Both the position numbers and the translations under genes were made by a program. A DNA stretch of 64,000 bases, taken from contig NW_024704742.1 in the NCBI RefSeq assembly GCF_018977255.1, forward strand, positions 61,940,001 through 62,004,000, in the 5' to 3' direction. Shown here piece by piece: positions 62,139 to 64,000 of the stretch; position 1 is the first letter of the stretch; every line of letters starts with the position of its first letter. The notes beneath the pieces were generated by a model, which had not been told where the DNA came from, did no database searches, and was given only the letters and a program-made list of their open reading frames with translations. This DNA is from Callorhinchus milii. Taxonomy: Eukaryota.

Positions 62139-64000
62139 ATCTTGTCAAAGAAAGTAGAAAAATACTTTATCTTAGAGAATGGACTGTGAATTTTGGATTG
62201 AAAGTCAGTCCATGACAAAATGTTTCAGTATTCTTAGCCTGTTAGACTATTTTGAAATTCAAAATCCAATAGAATTATGAGAAATTATGAGGAGCAAAAT
62301 ATTTCATTTTAAGTTTATTAGCCATAGTTTGAATTTGAACATCACGCTTCACAGTAAAAAAAGAACTGTAATAAACGCAGCAACATCAAACATAAAACAC
62401 GGCAAAAAATGCTGTTCAAATGCGGTCAATTCATTTGTACAGTCATTATTTCCAATTCAAACAGTGCAGCATATTGTGGTGAAAGCATGTGAATGGGCAT
62501 TCATCAAAATTAGTTGTCGTCTAATTTCTGTCTGGTAAATTGGTTGAAAGGCAAGAGACAAAGGTACAGTACTAGAGAAAAACACAATCTTCAATTTAAT
62601 AGGAGCCATTACACTGAGAACAGTCAGGCAAGGGTCTAGGGTAAAGAAACAGGGGATTAATTGTCTGAACAATAATTGTCTGCTTTGCCTGGAAGCGACC
62701 ATCAAATTGCACCTATCTTTAGAAGCAATGATTGCTGCGTTTAGCCAGCCTGTAAAAGATTCTTGCTTGTTTTAATACTCAGTGTTTCCGTCCTCCAACC
62801 CGTTCCCCCCACCCCCTCCCCCTTACTCATTCATTTCCCTTAAATCAGGACATTGCAAGTCCATGTCATCGCACAAGGTTCAGCCTGAACAAAAATAACT
62901 GCAATCCTCACACTACAATTCCTAATGATGCCCAGAAGGGAAAGGAAAGACCATGGAAGATTACTTAGGTTGAGATTCATGCTTCAATTTTATGTTAAAA
63001 ACTCAAAGTGAGTTTCTTTACATAAAACTCTGCTCATGTTTTTTTTAATCAGAATAAGAATCGTTGTCTTGAATGAACCATCGGCACTACAAACAGCACC
63101 CTCTCTCAGTCGGGCTATGAAAACTGCATTCCAAGCCACTTAGAGTTGAGAGCAAAGAATGCTGATTGACACCGAAACAATTTAAGTGCATGAGTCACAG
63201 AGGCGCAGCGGATCAAGCCGCCGAATGTGGGTCTAAGCGATGCCAACAATTAACTGCTCACTTTACAATCAACTTCTCATAGTCATCGGACTTTCTGCTA
63301 ACAACGACCCTCGGCAAAATTGGATCAACTAATACCAAGGTTCATTTAAGTCATTTTCACTGAGTGAAAGCGGCCCATCCACTGATAAATGATGATGAAT
63401 GTCTATTAGAAAAAGAATGCCCACTGTCACACTGTTAGTCCATGTCTCGTATCCCCGCAGGAATCAGCGTGAAGCACGCAACCTGAACATTAGACTGCTA
63501 ATAGCTGGTTTCAGGGAAGCAGGACAGGGCCAAGGATCTCGGGCCGCCCTGTGTTGAGTCATAGGTTTTTAAACAAGGCCCTATGTCAGAGCTATCAGTC
63601 CTGTGGTGCTGTTTTCCTGGCTCATGATAAGTCTGTCTCTATCTAATCGAGACCTAGCCCCATGATTTAACCTGACAACCACGACAATTGCTAGCCAAAA
63701 ACATCCTGAATATCTCTGTTGCAGAACAGATCGCTTATTCTTTTTGAAGGCAGTTCATGGAAGTAGCAAACCACTCAATGGAGGCACAATTGCTAATATT
63801 GTACATTAATTGCTTTCACTGTTATGCACTTACTGCATAGAAAAATACATTTGGATTATTTGAGGGTTAAGCTGAGGTTCAAAGTTGTCATAGTCTTAGT
63901 CTTTAGAGCGTTGCCTTAAAATGTAAGAATTTTGGAACATTCTTAAATCCAGTCTTAATTCAGAAGCTTTTTTTTTCCACAGCTCTTAAATGTAACTTTC

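Overview
AT-rich vertebrate non-coding DNA, most likely from a cartilaginous fish (inferred from the repeat content). I found no intact protein-coding gene, RNA gene or CRISPR array. The window is dominated by retroposons: about 12 near-full-length copies of a young ~320-bp tRNA(Ala)-headed SINE with an L2-type tail, many older Deu-domain (SacSINE1/AmnSINE-like) SINEs, 5'-truncated L2 LINEs of at least three 3'-end types, CR1 fragments, and two further old repeat families I could not classify. The recognisable ORFs in the supplied track are translations of these repeats. Highlights: (i) a Penelope-type inverted-repeat element with a minimal hammerhead ribozyme core on each strand, inserted into a SINE; (ii) four local inverted duplications (41-151 bp), three with junction microhomology, consistent with repeated template switching; (iii) visible SINE history (internal deletion, tail shared with an L2 family, nested insertions); (iv) repeat-poor, motif-rich blocks that look like conserved non-coding enhancers; (v) a weak three-exon splice candidate at 6.2-6.75 kb. 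Coordinates of old repeats are approximate and family names were not confirmed by any search.
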